Source: Raphidiopsis brookii D9 (GTDB lineage Bacteria; Cyanobacteriota; Cyanobacteriia; Cyanobacteriales; Nostocaceae). From it: a stretch of DNA of 32,000 bases. The DNA lies in NCBI GenBank assembly GCA_000175855.1, contig ACYB01000011.1, forward strand, positions 1-32,000. The letters are read 5' to 3'. Made by a program: the position numbers and the translations under genes. The first letter of the stretch is position 1. The number at the start of each line of letters is the position of its first letter. Under the pieces are notes generated by a model. That model was not told the DNA's origin and searched no databases. It saw nothing but the letters and a program-made list of their open reading frames with translations. Below, in pieces: positions 18,723 through 29,198 of the stretch.

Positions 18723-20182
18723 ACTAGATTTAGTTGAGTGATAATTTCCCAGGGGTCTGCTACAAAAACAATAGTACCATCTGAGCCGATAGTCACTCCT
18801 GCAAGACCAGTGGGTTTGGGTAAAATTCCCGGGAATTGTTTAACAAAGATTTCCCGTTCACCCAAAACCTGGTCAACCTGGAGAGCGACTATAATATCAC
18901 TACTACCGGGGTGAAGAATAACTACAGAAGTGTTTTGATGATTGTCCGTTAAGGGAGTGTCAATAATGTGATGATTAAATCCTAACACTTCAGTGAGAGT
19001 GCGTAAAGGCAAAGTCCGTTCTCTCCAGCGGATAAATGGTTTGCCTTTAGCATCCCTGGCCACATCTTTCACAAATATATCCATGGTTTCCATCACATAT
19101 TCCTGATGGAAAGCAATTGTATGGTTATGGAAAACACAGCATATAGCTCCACAAGCAGTCAAACCACTTAAACTAATAGGTAACTTAATAGTCAAAGTTT
19201 TTGGGTGAGCGATAGAGGAATCAGTGCTAATAGTGCCATAAACTTGGTGAAGAATTGGTAGCAAATTTGGGATTAGTCTATGGTAGTTAATTCCCAGAGT
19301 ATTATTAGCTACAGATATAAAAGTTATAGATATCAGATTGTATTTACCCTCGACAGAAACCTGGATAGTGATTTTTCCTGCAGGTGATTTACCAGAAGCA
19401 ATGCGGACTGGAGGATTTTTAGTTTCCTGGGACATAGCATGATGGAGTATATAAATCAGACAATCAGTCAGGTGGGGTAAAATCAGCTTATCCATAGGTG
19501 TTTCTTGTCCTTGGATAACCAAGTCCACCTTTTTGCCATACTTCACTCCATCAATAGTCACCTGATTACGTAATCGTTCACTAGCTCGAGCAAAAGGGAT
19601 CCGTTGTATGGTGACACAACTATGCCGTAATTTTTCCGTGACTTGATCAAACTGCTCACTTAAAGTTTGAATTTCCTCTTGAACAACATCAATATCTAAT
19701 GCGGACTCCACCATGCTGGAAGTACATTCTATAATTTCTTGGTGCAGGGAATAAAAAGAACTAGATGGGTCATTTAACTCTTGTATTCTGATACCGATTT
19801 GGGAAAGGTGTTGAATTTGAGAGAGCAGATGGTCTAAAGATTGGCACAGGTGCTGGTGATTATGCGCTAGGACATGGTGACTGGTCAGCAATTCCCCCAC
19901 TAAATTTGCTATTTCATTTAAATGATCAAAAGAAATATTGACACCCTCCTTACCCCCAAGAGAAACGGGATCTGGTATTTTAGTAACTTGGGGTTTTCCC
20001 GCTGTAGGAGCAGTGGTGACAACCTGCTTTCCTTTTTCCCTGACTATTTGTGATGAGACTTGTTTAGAGCCTGCTAACAAGCTATCTTCCAATTCCTTAA
20101 TCAAATCTTCCAAATTCTCATCTACAGGTTTTTTTTCAGGTTTGTTTCCTGTATCTTCCCAAAAACTATTAGCATCATGCAT
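18710..20182 (-). CDS. CheA-like protein: P3 dimerisation, degenerate HATPase region and CheW-like C-terminus; no Hpt
   Basis: VSFDHLNEIANLVGELLTSHHVLAHN, QIRELNDPSSSFYSLHQ-type P3 helix, EEIQTLSEQFDQVTEKLRHSCVTIQRIPFARASERL, and C-terminal CheW-like IVALQVDQVLGEREIFVKQFPGILPKPTGLAGVTIGSDGTIVFVADPWEII. Confidence 0.85.
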   Translation of the reverse strand: MHDANSFWEDTGNKPEKKPVDENLEDLIKELEDSLLAGSKQVSSQIVREKGKQVVTTAPTAGKPQVTKIPDPVSLGGKEGVNISFDHLNEIANLVGELLTSHHVLAHNHQHLCQSLDHLLSQIQHLSQIGIRIQELNDPSSSFYSLHQEIIECTSSMVESALDIDVVQEEIQTLSEQFDQVTEKLRHSCVTIQRIPFARASERLRNQVTIDGVKYGKKVDLVIQGQETPMDKLILPHLTDCLIYILHHAMSQETKNPPVRIASGKSPAGKITIQVSVEGKYNLISITFISVANNTLGINYHRLIPNLLPILHQVYGTISTDSSIAHPKTLTIKLPISLSGLTACGAICCVFHNHTIAFHQEYVMETMDIFVKDVARDAKGKPFIRWRERTLPLRTLTEVLGFNHHIIDTPLTDNHQNTSVVILHPGSSDIIVALQVDQVLGEREIFVKQFPGILPKPTGLAGVTIGSDGTIVFVADPWEIITQLNLVSPT

Positions 20183-20223
20183 ACTTTTTGTTTTTACCTA
20201 ACCTAAGTTTAAATCAATGGTAT

Positions 20224-21681
20224 TTAGGGAGAGTTAAGAGTTGCTTTCTCAATTGAGGAGTCTATATCAGCTATTATAGGGGTAATATCATCCAGAGATT
20301 GCCTAGCTTGTTGTGCAAGTTTCGTGCTAGTAATCACTCGTTGTTTGCTCCCTTCCATAGTTAGTATGAGATGGTTAGCCTCCTTGTCAATATTTCCAAA
20401 CATCTCTTGAATCTGCTTAACAGATTTAGCTGTCTTATCTGCTAGTTGGGATATTTCATTAGCCATAATTGCCAGTCCTCTTCCTCCTATACCAGATTTT
20501 GTTGCTTCAATACTGATATTTAATGTTAACAAATTAGTACGAGAGGATAATTGGGATGCTAAGGTAGCTAAGGAATTAATTTCTTGACAAGTCTGGGCCA
20601 AGTATTTTAGTTGAGGTTCGGTTTTGGTTAAGGTTTCTCCCACTACCAAAATTTCTGCCACCATGTTTTCTAAAACTTCACTAACTTGACTATTAATTTC
20701 ATTAACGCGATGAACCGAGGTTTGAGCCGCTTTACCTATTTTTCTGACTTCCTCTAGGGATTGCGTCATAGTTACTACAGAGTTAAGAGTGACTGCTAAC
20801 TCTTTGTCCTGACCGGAGTTTTGTTCATGAAAAGCACGTCGAACAGATTGATGTGCCAGACCACCCATGGAAGCAGCAGTGATTCCACTTAGGATTCCAG
20901 CACCTAGAGGTACTCCCCAATTGACATTTCTCATCCATTCACGTTGGGTGGGTGATATCCATGAACTACTTCCAAAGCCAATCACAGCAGCTGTTAGGGC
21001 TGAGGTAAAACCTACTACTAGTGCGGTAGACCACTGCTGTTTTTTTAAGATAGCATTTAAGGAAGAATTTTCCCCAACGGGAACATTCTCTGGTATTGGG
21101 TCTTGGGTACTTAAGGATTTATCTTCTAGTAACCTTTGGTTATGGTTACCAGCCAATTCATCATGGGTATCTATGTTTTCATCTATTTCTACCGGTTCCA
21201 AAGATGAAACACTTCTTAAATCATCAAATTCATCAAAATTAGCCAGGAATTCAATTTTGTCCATATCGTTATAACTATACTTTTTATCTGATTCTAAAGG
21301 TTGTGGTGGATGATTTTCTTCTATGTCCGAAAACAATTGTTCAACACTACTGGGATCTGCAACGAAAGCACCATCAGAACCACTCTTTAAAGCAGAGCTG
21401 TAAGTGACTAGCTCCTGTTCAATCACTTGTAATTTTTGACGAGCTGAACCTAGTATTTCTTGATTATTTGTTAAACCCAATACCCGATCATATTCCCCTT
21501 TGGCAACCTTAAATTTTCCTAAAGCATAGTATATATCACCGCGCAACAGGTGAGAATTAGGGTCTTCTCCTAGAATGCTGACTACTCGGTCTATTAGAGT
21601 AGCAGCACCTTGATAATCACCTCTTATGTAAGCTGTTAACGCCTGCTCATATTTGGAATTTGGCTCATCTGTATTTATCAT
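20224..21681 (-). CDS. Short MCP-like transducer with an N-terminal TPR-like region and a predicted TM hairpin
   Basis: MCP tip-like LASQLSSRTNLLTLNISIEATKSGIGGRGLAIMANEISQLADKTAKSVKQIQ; N-terminal DYQGAATLIDRVVSILGEDPNSHLLRGDIYYALGKFKVAKGEYDRVL. Confidence 0.85.
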   Translation of the reverse strand: MINTDEPNSKYEQALTAYIRGDYQGAATLIDRVVSILGEDPNSHLLRGDIYYALGKFKVAKGEYDRVLGLTNNQEILGSARQKLQVIEQELVTYSSALKSGSDGAFVADPSSVEQLFSDIEENHPPQPLESDKKYSYNDMDKIEFLANFDEFDDLRSVSSLEPVEIDENIDTHDELAGNHNQRLLEDKSLSTQDPIPENVPVGENSSLNAILKKQQWSTALVVGFTSALTAAVIGFGSSSWISPTQREWMRNVNWGVPLGAGILSGITAASMGGLAHQSVRRAFHEQNSGQDKELAVTLNSVVTMTQSLEEVRKIGKAAQTSVHRVNEINSQVSEVLENMVAEILVVGETLTKTEPQLKYLAQTCQEINSLATLASQLSSRTNLLTLNISIEATKSGIGGRGLAIMANEISQLADKTAKSVKQIQEMFGNIDKEANHLILTMEGSKQRVITSTKLAQQARQSLDDITPIIADIDSSIEKATLNSP

Positions 21682-22262
21682 TTCCCCTCCTGATTAAATT
21701 TGACCATACTTGCCCATTTATCACTTTGCAGAATTACTTTTTGATTAATCAGCTTTACGGACTTGTTATTTTCACTATCTAGCCATTCCCCCTGCACAAA
21801 AGGAACTATGTCATCTGGCACATCGGTTGGAGCTACTACGGATTCCATATCTAACCAAAACGTAGCACATATCTGGTCTACCGCTAAACCAATTATGGCA
21901 TCTTCGTACTCAGTCGTAATAACTGATACTTGTGATCTACGTTCTATATTTAAGGGTATCATTTCTCCCATAAACTTTCCTAAGTCTACTACCCAAATTA
22001 ACTGACCTCGCCAATTGACTACTCCTAAAACCAATGGGGAGGTGCTAGGAATGGGTATGATTTGATGGGGAGTGATTTCTATTACCTCCTTGATGCCAAT
22101 TAAGGGTAGGGCAAATTCCTCCGGTGAGGACAAATAAAACCTCAGATACAACTCGTCTTTCAAGGATGGGGATTGATTGAGACCTTTAGTATCAGTATTT
22201 TCTGGTAATTTGGCATGTCGGTTCTGGCGAGGGTCTATTACAAAGTCCGGTTTGCTGACCAT
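21678..22262 (-). CDS. CheW-like adaptor
   Basis: FALPLIGIKEVIEITPHQIIPIPSTSPLVLGVVNWRGQLIWVVDLGKFMG. Overlaps the MCP-like gene start by 4 nt. Confidence 0.9.
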   Translation of the reverse strand: MVSKPDFVIDPRQNRHAKLPENTDTKGLNQSPSLKDELYLRFYLSSPEEFALPLIGIKEVIEITPHQIIPIPSTSPLVLGVVNWRGQLIWVVDLGKFMGEMIPLNIERRSQVSVITTEYEDAIIGLAVDQICATFWLDMESVVAPTDVPDDIVPFVQGEWLDSENNKSVKLINQKVILQSDKWASMVKFNQEGK

Positions 22263-22298
22263 ATTTTCAGGAGTTTTCCAAGTGGGTTGTAGCCCATT

Positions 22299-23306
22299 CT
22301 AACTTTCTTTTTCTGTTGGAGTTAGAAACGGTTGTCGAATAACTATGGAAGCATTTTCTACTATTGCTATGCTACCACCAGGAAAAGGATCACTTTGAGA
22401 ACGGTTGGGAGCGTTAATTAAATCCCTGATTTTTTCAATATGATCAAAATTGGGGGTTTGTGGTAACGCTTCCTGCAATATTTGACGAATCACCCGGCGT
22501 TGAATAGCTAAGGGCTGTTGTTTTAATAAATCACGATTCAGACGCAAATCACCGTCTTCACACTTTGTTGAGGCTTGTAACCGCAACTGGTGAGCTATTT
22601 GTTCTAAATACTCTACTTCTGCTCGTAACAACTCTGCTGTGTGAGATAAATGGGATTCCACCTGGGGGTTGAAGTTTGCTGCAAGATAGGGGAGTAATTG
22701 CTGACGAATACGATTTCGCGGATACTGTAAGTTTTGATTTGTGCTATCCACCCAAACTGGTAAGTCAAGGTCTTGGCAAAATTTTCCAGTTTGTTCCCGG
22801 GTAATCTCCAACAGAGGACGAACCAACATCGTCTTCTCCCCTAAAGATCTTTGCCAAGTTAAGGACTGTAAACCATCAGCACCAGTCCCCCGAATCAGAT
22901 TGTATATTAGGGTCTCCGCTCGATCACTACTGGTGTGTCCCGTAACGATGTATTTATAACCATAATCTTCAGCAATTTCCCTAAACACTCTATATCGCCA
23001 ATTCCTAGCATCACCTTCGCTATTTACCGGGTCAATGGCAATTTGTAAGTGGAATGGTAAATCCCAACTAGTTGCTAGATTTTTTACATGATCCGCGTTC
23101 GCTTGGGAATCTTCTCGCCAACGATGATCACAATGGGCGATCGCCAGTTTCCACTTCCATTTAACTTGTAAATCCACTAACAACTTAATTAAACACAGTG
23201 AGTCCTGTCCACCGGATAAGGCAACCAATAAATGTTCATGAGGTGCAAATAAATGACGATGCCGGATTGTGCGATGTATTTTAGCGTGTAAAGAAGTCCA
23301 TACCAT
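22299..23306 (-). CDS. tilS: tRNA(Ile)-lysidine synthase
   Basis: PP-loop LLVALSGGQDSLCLIKLL, GHTSSDRAETLIYNLIRGTGADGL. Confidence 0.95.
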   Translation of the reverse strand: MVWTSLHAKIHRTIRHRHLFAPHEHLLVALSGGQDSLCLIKLLVDLQVKWKWKLAIAHCDHRWREDSQANADHVKNLATSWDLPFHLQIAIDPVNSEGDARNWRYRVFREIAEDYGYKYIVTGHTSSDRAETLIYNLIRGTGADGLQSLTWQRSLGEKTMLVRPLLEITREQTGKFCQDLDLPVWVDSTNQNLQYPRNRIRQQLLPYLAANFNPQVESHLSHTAELLRAEVEYLEQIAHQLRLQASTKCEDGDLRLNRDLLKQQPLAIQRRVIRQILQEALPQTPNFDHIEKIRDLINAPNRSQSDPFPGGSIAIVENASIVIRQPFLTPTEKES

Positions 23307-23313
23307 GTATTAA

Positions 23314-24585
23314 CTAGATTGGGTTATCCTTGGGATTAACTAGTTTTAATAGTTTCTGTTTAATTTGGGCATCGAAAACTTCCCACTTAATCTTAGCGTA
23401 TGCAGAATTCTCATTACCACCAGACAGAAATCCCATGGGAATCTCAAACCCACCAGCACCAGTACGTCCACCACCAAAAAATCTTCCCGTGCTATCTTGT
23501 CCAAAAGCTTCTTTAATAAACTCATCCGGATCTAAGGTCAACTTTGTAGTTCTCAAGGATCCAATCACCACTTCTAACTCATCATCCTCATCATGTACTA
23601 TTCCATATACCATGGCAGTATGCACATTTTCTTCTGTCACCAAAAAGTCCGCCGCTTGAGGTATGGCATCCCGATCATCATACCGTAAATAACCAACACC
23701 AGCTATAGAAAAGTTATTCTGAACAATGCGATTTTTCAGAGAACGCTCAATTACATCCATTACGCGCTTAGAACGATTAGCTTGTAAAATGGCATTAAGT
23801 AGTTGAGCATCATAGAACTTGCTTAGGTATGCAGCAGCCATAAAGTCTTCTTCCTGGGCTTGCATCAACCGATTAGTATCAGATCTTAACCCATGCATCA
23901 ATGCTGTAGCACATTTCACATGCTGTCCCATGCTACTATCCAGGGTGAGTAGACCCGACTGTAAATACTGGGTAAAAATAGTTGCTGTTGCTCGCACATA
24001 GGGACGAACATCAGTAAACTCGGCTTTCAGTTCCCCCTGTAAACTATGATGATCTACCAAGGTAATCAAAGGGATTCCAGCTTGCTGAAGAGCAGATGTT
24101 AAAGCAGAAGTAGTTCCTTGATTATCAATCAAGACGAAACCCTGATAAGAAACCAAATCTTTGGTTTTAATGCTTTGTGCTGTACAGCGTTGGGCAGGTA
24201 AGGCAGTCAATTTCACTAAAGCGATATTTTCCTGATGGCTGAGAGTGCCCGCATAAATAATTTCACACTTGATGTCATACTGTTGAGCAATGAGCTGATA
24301 TGCCCAAGCACTAGAGAGAGCATCCGGGTCAGGAAAGTCTTGGAGGATAACCAAATGGCGCTCGTGTCGGTGGGCGAGAAGAGTTTTTTGTAATTCTTCT
24401 GACTTTTGAGTGGCCAGGGAACTAGGACGGGAAACATTAGCAATGCTCCCATCACCATTAGATAGTAGCACCTGAGTTCGATGCAGTGGAGGAATGTCAA
24501 CCGTAGTCTCTGTTTCTATATCTTCCCCCTTTGGCTCTGTAGTCAACGTGAAAGTCCCAATTTGAGAAACACTAGAATTCAACAT
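23314..24585 (-). CDS. DHH-family phosphoesterase (NrnA/RecJ-like)
   Basis: DFPDPDALSSAWAYQ, VDHHSLQG and C-terminal glycine-rich GRFFGGGRTGAGGFEIPMG. Confidence 0.88.
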   Translation of the reverse strand: MLNSSVSQIGTFTLTTEPKGEDIETETTVDIPPLHRTQVLLSNGDGSIANVSRPSSLATQKSEELQKTLLAHRHERHLVILQDFPDPDALSSAWAYQLIAQQYDIKCEIIYAGTLSHQENIALVKLTALPAQRCTAQSIKTKDLVSYQGFVLIDNQGTTSALTSALQQAGIPLITLVDHHSLQGELKAEFTDVRPYVRATATIFTQYLQSGLLTLDSSMGQHVKCATALMHGLRSDTNRLMQAQEEDFMAAAYLSKFYDAQLLNAILQANRSKRVMDVIERSLKNRIVQNNFSIAGVGYLRYDDRDAIPQAADFLVTEENVHTAMVYGIVHDEDDELEVVIGSLRTTKLTLDPDEFIKEAFGQDSTGRFFGGGRTGAGGFEIPMGFLSGGNENSAYAKIKWEVFDAQIKQKLLKLVNPKDNPI

Positions 24586-24679
24586 GGTGCGGACAGTTCT
24601 AATTGTTATGGAATTATATATCTATATGATCTGTTAATCCTTTTCGCCCAAACATCCCCATTCCCAGTTAGTTAATTGG

Positions 24680-25177
24680 TTAAAGTCCTATAACATATTT
24701 TTGCCACTCCTGATGAAGTCCACTTTTCAGATGTTTCGTTACCTCAAAGTAGAGACTACTATGAGGTTGGCGCGGCGGATACCTTAATGGCATCCGGGCT
24801 TCTTGGGGGGTGCGACAGCCTTTTTTGACGTTGCAACGTACACAAGCAGTAACAATATTCTCCCAAGTGTCACCTCCACCACGAGATCGGGGTATTACAT
24901 GGTCTAAGGTTAGATCATCGCCGGTACAACCACAGTATTGACAACTGTGACCATCACGGTGAAAGATGTTTCGACGTGTAAGTGGGATTTCTTTGTATGG
25001 AACGCGGACATAATGACGCAACCGAATTACGGTTGGCAGTGGAAAATCGGAACAGAGGAATTTGCCATTGTGTTCCACATGTTCTGCTTTGCCTTTAATC
25101 AACAAAACGATGGCACGTCGCCAAGTGGTAATGTTGAGTGGTTCGTAGGAGGCGTTTAGGACTAAAACCTTCCCCAT
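24680..25177 (-). CDS. HNH endonuclease family protein
   Basis: VLVLNASYEPLNITTWRRAIVLLIKGKAE, CQYCG...LTLDHVIPRSRGGGDTWENIVTACVRCNVKKG. Confidence 0.95.
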   Translation of the reverse strand: MGKVLVLNASYEPLNITTWRRAIVLLIKGKAEHVEHNGKFLCSDFPLPTVIRLRHYVRVPYKEIPLTRRNIFHRDGHSCQYCGCTGDDLTLDHVIPRSRGGGDTWENIVTACVRCNVKKGCRTPQEARMPLRYPPRQPHSSLYFEVTKHLKSGLHQEWQKYVIGL

Positions 25178-25322
25178 TGATTTTAGCTCAAGGTATTAGT
25201 TTCGGACATTCTAACACAAATATACCTTTTTAGACAGATGAGATCGCCCAAATGGTAAAAAAGGATGGTTAAATAGATGTTAGAATTTCACATCTCCCCA
25301 CTTTAAAAAGTATCGGGAAAAT

Positions 25323-26486
25323 ATGAAAATGCTTACTCCGCAAAATACTTACGCTTGGTTTTCACAACGTGCCTGGGTAGAGATTGATTTAGGAGCTTTG
25401 TCTAATAATGTGAAGCAGTTAGTAGGGTTTTTATCCCCGGGAACCCAATTGATGGCTGTGGTCAAGGCCGATGCTTACGGACACGGTGCTATTACTGTAG
25501 CTACAACTGTTTTAGCGGCGGGGGCCACCTGGCTAGGAGTAGCTACAGTTACCGAGGGTATTCAATTACGGGAGGCTGGAATTAAGGCCCCAATCCTGAT
25601 TTTGGGTGCCACCTATACACCAGAACAAATTCATGCTATCACCTCTTGGCAACTGGAACCTACTTTATGTAGCCCAGGACAAGCTTTAATATTTTCTCAG
25701 TTCTTAAATTCTATTGACCATAATTATAAGTTACCGGTTCATATTAAATTGGATACAGGAATGTCAAGACTGGGTGCTGAATGGCAACAAGCAGGTCAAT
25801 TTGCTCAGTTTGTTCAAGAACTACCTCGGTTACATATTGCCAGTGTTTATTCTCACTTTGCCACAGCGGATAGTCCTGATACCACAATTATGGAACAACA
25901 GCATGGAAGATTCCAACAGGCGATCGCTCAAATTAGAGCAAGAGGCATAAAAATACCAAGTTTACACTTAGCCAATTCTGCTGCTACCCTAGGGGACAAA
26001 GAATTACACTATGACATGGTGCGTGCGGGACTAGCCATTTATGGACTTTATCCAGCTGCTCACCAGAGAAATTATTTGCAACTGCGCCCCGCACTACAGG
26101 TAAAGGCCAGAATCACACATATAAAAACAATCAGTAAAGGAACAGGGGTGAGTTATGGTCACAAATTTATTGCTCCTAGAGAGATGCGAATTGGAGTAGT
26201 TGGTATTGGTTATGCTGATGGGGTGCCCAGGGGTCTTTCTAACCAAATGGAGGTGTTGGTGCAGGGTCACAGAGTTCAGCAGATTGGTATGATTACCATG
26301 GACCAACTGATGATAGATATTAGTCCTTTAGTGGAAGTACAGGAAGGGGAAATAGTCACTCTGTTGGGGGAACAGGGAGAAGAGAAAATCACAGCAGATG
26401 ATTGGGCAAATCAATTGAATACTATTTCCTGGGAAATCATTTGCGGATTCAAACATCGTCTACCCCGGGTGGCCATAGAAATTTGA
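25323..26486 (+). CDS. alr: Alanine racemase
   Basis: LMAVVKADAYGHGA (PLP lysine), KLDTGMSRLG, GYADGVPRGLSN, MTMDQLMIDI-type motif. Confidence 0.97.
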   Translation: MKMLTPQNTYAWFSQRAWVEIDLGALSNNVKQLVGFLSPGTQLMAVVKADAYGHGAITVATTVLAAGATWLGVATVTEGIQLREAGIKAPILILGATYTPEQIHAITSWQLEPTLCSPGQALIFSQFLNSIDHNYKLPVHIKLDTGMSRLGAEWQQAGQFAQFVQELPRLHIASVYSHFATADSPDTTIMEQQHGRFQQAIAQIRARGIKIPSLHLANSAATLGDKELHYDMVRAGLAIYGLYPAAHQRNYLQLRPALQVKARITHIKTISKGTGVSYGHKFIAPREMRIGVVGIGYADGVPRGLSNQMEVLVQGHRVQQIGMITMDQLMIDISPLVEVQEGEIVTLLGEQGEEKITADDWANQLNTISWEIICGFKHRLPRVAIEI

Positions 26487-26555
26487 TCGAAAAGAAAAAA
26501 AATAGCAGATCCCTCTTGCCAAGGAAAAGTTGTTGTGATAGTATTAGATACTAAT

Positions 26556-26637
26556 GCGGATGTGGCGGAATTGGCAGACGCGCTAGATTTAGGTTCTAGT
26601 TCCGACAGGAGTGAAGGTTCAAGTCCTTTCATCCGCA
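26556..26637 (+). tRNA. tRNA-Leu (anticodon UAG)
   Basis: GCGGATG acceptor pairs with CATCCGC. Anticodon arm CTAGA-TTTAGGT-TCTAG gives anticodon TAG. Long variable arm, GGTTCAAGTCC T-arm. Confidence 0.95.
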
Positions 26638-26706
26638 TTATATAGGCCCGTGCACAATCTATTCAGTGCTTACAAGGTAATAGAAACATAACGGTTTAGT
26701 AGTTTT

Positions 26707-27327
26707 ATGGATAATATACAACGTCCATCAATTCTCAAAGTCGGTGAAACCTATACCTTTCGGAAATACTTCGATTTAAAATTTGCCCCTGGTGATATTT
26801 TAAGAGAATTAGGTGCAAATTTAATTAAGACTGGGATTGATCTACCAACGAGTAAGAATGAGATTACTAGATTGGAGGATTTAAAACAGAGATTAGAAGA
26901 GGCAATTCAAATAGTCAATCTCACCAGTGAAGCAGCTAGAAGAGAGGTTTTAATAGCTCCAATTTTATTAGAAATTGCCCACATTACCCGGTCCACCATT
27001 AATATAGAATACCCTATAGAAATCAACCAATTTTTGCGGGGAGATTTAGACTATTACCTAAAATCTGAACACCAAATATTGGTTGTGGAAGCCAAACAAG
27101 CGGATTTAACTAGAGGTTTTACTCAACTTGCTGTGGAACTAATTGCCCTAAATGAATGGACATGGAGGACCGAACCGATATTGTATGGAGCAGTAACCAC
27201 AGGAGAAATTTGGCAATTTGGTAGTTTTCAACCTGAGAGCAAACTGGTTACCCAGGATCTAATGCTATATCGCGTCCCTATGGATTTGGAAATACTCATG
27301 AAAGTATTAGTGGGCATTTTAACCTAA
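26707..27327 (+). CDS. Putative PD-(D/E)XK nuclease-fold protein
   Basis: RGDLDYYLKSEHQILVVEAKQADLTRGFTQLAVELIAL fits the D...(E)xK-Q pattern of restriction-endonuclease-fold proteins. Confidence 0.65.
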   Translation: MDNIQRPSILKVGETYTFRKYFDLKFAPGDILRELGANLIKTGIDLPTSKNEITRLEDLKQRLEEAIQIVNLTSEAARREVLIAPILLEIAHITRSTINIEYPIEINQFLRGDLDYYLKSEHQILVVEAKQADLTRGFTQLAVELIALNEWTWRTEPILYGAVTTGEIWQFGSFQPESKLVTQDLMLYRVPMDLEILMKVLVGILT

Positions 27328-27335
27328 TTATAGCC

Positions 27336-27368
27336 AAAGGCTGTGGTTTTACTCATTACAGCCTTTTT
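27336..27368 (+). terminator. Intrinsic terminator
   Basis: AAAGGCTGT-N13-ACAGCCTTT perfect 9-bp stem followed by T residues, just after the stop of the 26707 gene. Confidence 0.8.
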
Positions 27369-27401
27369 CTACCTATATTTAAACTACATTTAAATAACAG
27401 G

Positions 27402-29198
27402 TCAAAGGCTACCTTCTTTAGGTTTTGTAGTGGAAGCTACATGAAGTTCTTTTAATTGCTTAAGCTCTACCATGGCAGGTGCATCGGTCAATAAACAGCG
27501 AGCTTGTTGGGTTTTGGGAAAAGCGATCACATCACGAATGGACTCTTCTTGAGCTAGTAACATAACTAGTCTATCCACCCCATAAGCGATTCCACCATGG
27601 GGAGGTGTGCCATACTCAAAAGCTTCTAAAAGAAAACCAAATTTGTTTCGTGCTTCCTCTGAACTAAGCCCAATAGTCTCAAATACTCGCGCTTGTATTT
27701 CTCGCTGGTAAATCCTTAAACTTCCTCCACCTACTTCAAATCCATTTAACACTAAATCATAGGCTTGAGCGCGAGCAGTCTTCAAATCATGTAAATCATC
27801 CGGGTGGGGAGCAGTAAATGGATGATGTAAAGCTTCTAATCTTTTTTCGTTAGCATTCCATTCAAACATAGGAAATTCTGTAATCCAGAGGAAGTTCATC
27901 TTCCCGGGAGGAATCAAGTTAAACTCCCTAGCAATAAACTGGCGCAATCTGTCTAAAGTCTTATTAACAACAGAAGCATCAGCAGCAGCAAAAAGTAATA
28001 AGTGTCCCTCCTTTGCAGCAGTTCTAGTTAAAATTTCTTGTTTTTGTGCCGTTGTTAAATTGTCCTTAATTGCACCAATAGTGTCAATTTCCCCATTATC
28101 CCTAACCCGAATATATGCTAAACCTTTTGCACCAGCTTCTGCTGCTTCTCGAAAAATGTCTCCACCGGGTTTAATCCTTACGTTGGAAATGGCATCATTC
28201 CCATGGGGAATAGGTAAGATTTTCACCATACCCCCCCCAGCAACCACATCCCTGAACACCTTGAAACCACAATCTTGGACCACGTCAGAAACATCCACCA
28301 GTTCCAAACCATAGCGGGTATCTGGTTTATCCGTACCATACTTATGCATGGCATCCTGATATCTTAACCGGGGAAAGGGATGGGGTAGGTCAATATCTTG
28401 AACGGTTTTGAAAATATGACAAACTAATTTTTCGTTCAGCTGGATAATTTCCTCTTCTGACATGAAACTCATTTCCATATCCAGTTGGGTAAACTCTGGT
28501 TGTCGGTCTGCACGCAAATCCTCATCCCGAAAACAGCGAGCAATTTGATAGTACCTATCCATCCCCGATACCATTAATATTTGTTTGAATAACTGGGGGG
28601 ATTGGGGTAAGGCAAACCATTGACCTTCATTAACCCGACTAGGAAGAATATAGTCCCGAGCACCTTCAGGAGTAGAACGGGTCAAAACAGGAGTTTCTAT
28701 TTCTATAAAACCCTCCTGGTCTTCTAAATAACGACGCATGGCTTTGACCACTTGATGGCGCAGTTGTATGTTCTTAGCCATCCGTTCCCGTCGTAAGTCC
28801 AAATAACGATATTTTAACCGCACGTCCTCCCTCACATTCTCTGTCTCCCCACTGGAAACCTGAAAAGGTAAATTCTTACTAACAGAATTGAGCAGTTCTA
28901 TATGATCTGCGTATACTTCTACTTCACCCGTGAGCAGACGGGGATTTAGTGATTCAGCTGGACGCTCCGTCACTCTACCAATGATTTTGACGACATATTC
29001 GTTGCGTATGCTATTGGCTATTTGATAAGATTCCGGAGTCCGCTGTGGATCGCTTACAACTTGTACAATACCAGAGCGATCGCGCAGGTCTAGGAAAATT
29101 ACACCTCCATGATCCCGGTGACGGTCTACCCAACCATATAATATTACATTTTCTCCAATATGATGTTTTCGAGGTTCCCCGCAATAGTGAGTTCGCAT
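27402..29198 (-). CDS. aspS: Aspartyl-tRNA synthetase
   Basis: [41 protein letters not shown]...[45 protein letters not shown]...GIAYGVDRL. Start moved to internal Met (29198). Confidence 0.97.
   Translation of the reverse strand: MRTHYCGEPRKHHIGENVILYGWVDRHRDHGGVIFLDLRDRSGIVQVVSDPQRTPESYQIANSIRNEYVVKIIGRVTERPAESLNPRLLTGEVEVYADHIELLNSVSKNLPFQVSSGETENVREDVRLKYRYLDLRRERMAKNIQLRHQVVKAMRRYLEDQEGFIEIETPVLTRSTPEGARDYILPSRVNEGQWFALPQSPQLFKQILMVSGMDRYYQIARCFRDEDLRADRQPEFTQLDMEMSFMSEEEIIQLNEKLVCHIFKTVQDIDLPHPFPRLRYQDAMHKYGTDKPDTRYGLELVDVSDVVQDCGFKVFRDVVAGGGMVKILPIPHGNDAISNVRIKPGGDIFREAAEAGAKGLAYIRVRDNGEIDTIGAIKDNLTTAQKQEILTRTAAKEGHLLLFAAADASVVNKTLDRLRQFIAREFNLIPPGKMNFLWITEFPMFEWNANEKRLEALHHPFTAPHPDDLHDLKTARAQAYDLVLNGFEVGGGSLRIYQREIQARVFETIGLSSEEARNKFGFLLEAFEYGTPPHGGIAYGVDRLVMLLAQEESIRDVIAFPKTQQARCLLTDAPAMVELKQLKELHVASTTKPKEGSL

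Noticed and set aside
26411-26638. 75-aa minus-strand ORF
   Set aside because: Lies antisense to the end of alr and the tRNA-Leu gene; it has the look of spurious tRNA-derived ORFs rather than a real gene.
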